From a virus (Duplodnaviria; Heunggongvirae; Uroviricota; Caudoviricetes): a DNA stretch of 53,288 nucleotides. Below the pieces are notes generated by a model. That model ran no database searches. It saw only the letters and a program-made list of their open reading frames with translations, and had not been told where the DNA came from. The DNA lies in the IMG/VR virus record IMGVR_UViG_3300025133_006513, positions 1 to 53,288 of that record, one strand, 5' to 3'. Made by a program: the position numbers and the translations under genes. Shown here in pieces: positions 52,785 through 53,288 of this stretch; the stretch's first letter is position 1; every line of letters starts with the position of its first letter.

Positions 52785-53288
52785 ATGTATCGTCGAAGTT
52801 GGATGGTCCCCCTATTAGTGGGACTCGCATTCACTGCACAAGCTGCAGTGGTAAGTTACGTACCAGACGTTGGTACGCGGTTTTGGTCGGTCTTCACACC
52901 TGGGCTGGTCTGTGCAGTTTCTGTTTGGTTCGTCTGGGGGCGAGGCTACCAGAAAGAGCTGAAAAAGATTAGCCCTAGGGACCTGCCTGCTCCTGGTGAG
53001 AAAGCAGGCCCCAAGGAGAAGATGACAATCAGCGTTATCGCCACAGGCACACCGGGTGCTGCAGATGGCGGTATCAATGATTTTCTTCAGCGCATGGCAG
53101 TGCTGGACCAGATGCTGTTGATGCTCAACAGATATGGCCCAGGGACTCCTGCGAACTATGGCGGCATGGTAGCCGCACTCGAGCTGGAGAAGAACAGGAC
53201 TGGCGTTCTGGAGACAGAACGCGATCAGCTTCGCGGGCAACTTACCACGTTAAAGGCCCTGGCCGAGAAACGTGTAGAAGTCAAAGCC
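52785..53288 (+). CDS. Membrane protein (two hydrophobic segments plus coiled coil), 3'-truncated, absent from the ORF track
   Basis: GGAGGT RBS at 52774-52779; open frame to the window end: MYRRSWMVPLLVGLAFTAQAAVV...GLVCAVSVWFVWG...LETERDQLRGQLTTLKALAEKRVEVKA. Confidence 0.75.
   Translation, partial: MYRRSWMVPLLVGLAFTAQAAVVSYVPDVGTRFWSVFTPGLVCAVSVWFVWGRGYQKELKKISPRDLPAPGEKAGPKEKMTISVIATGTPGAADGGINDFLQRMAVLDQMLLMLNRYGPGTPANYGGMVAALELEKNRTGVLETERDQLRGQLTTLKALAEKRVEVKA

Noticed and set aside
94-53240. Numerous minus-strand and alternate-frame ORFs in the track (e.g. 39234-40019, 28171-28560, 26872-27372, 22990-23595, 8756-9313)
   Set aside because: They are fully nested in well-supported + strand genes, have low-complexity shadow translations and lack RBSs; this is expected in GC-rich coding DNA.
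1-53288. Stop-codon reassignment (alternative genetic code)
   Set aside because: TAA, TAG and TGA all end genes that abut the next start, and long conserved ORFs are uninterrupted under code 11.

Overview
This window is a 53 kb segment of a large tailed (contractile-tail, myovirus-type) bacteriophage genome. Essentially all real genes are on the + strand and use code 11. Gene order: a phage multisubunit RNA polymerase (5'-truncated beta fused to the N-half of beta', two small genes, then a separate C-half of beta'); a block of putative internal head/ejection proteins; prohead protease, scaffold, decoration protein and major capsid protein; an 8 kb accessory virion-surface cassette that includes a sulfotransferase; neck, sheath, tube and spike; tail chaperones with a -1 frameshift site; tape measure; baseplate genes with a sigma70-family sigma factor embedded among them; a Cys-rich fibre; a GT9-GT2 glycosyltransferase; and a hairpin-dense, mostly non-coding end region. 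Strongest signals: (1) both RNAP polypeptides and the sigma factor (about 2,150 aa visible) contain no cysteine, both beta' zinc sites are lost, and the tape measure and two glycine-zipper head proteins are also Cys-free. This suggests a virion-packaged, injected, sigma-dependent RNAP holoenzyme, analogous to the Cys-free N4 virion RNAP. (2) A K-x-A motif lies within the first 16-41 residues of ten head-region proteins and is enriched in the protease and scaffold; it is a probable maturation cleavage site. (3) A 24-bp palindromic operator-like motif with core TGTTC-N4-GAACA occurs four times at or near gene starts. Product calls come from motif recognition and synteny only; no database searches were run. 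Portal, terminase large subunit, RNAP alpha subunit, tRNAs and CRISPR arrays were not seen.
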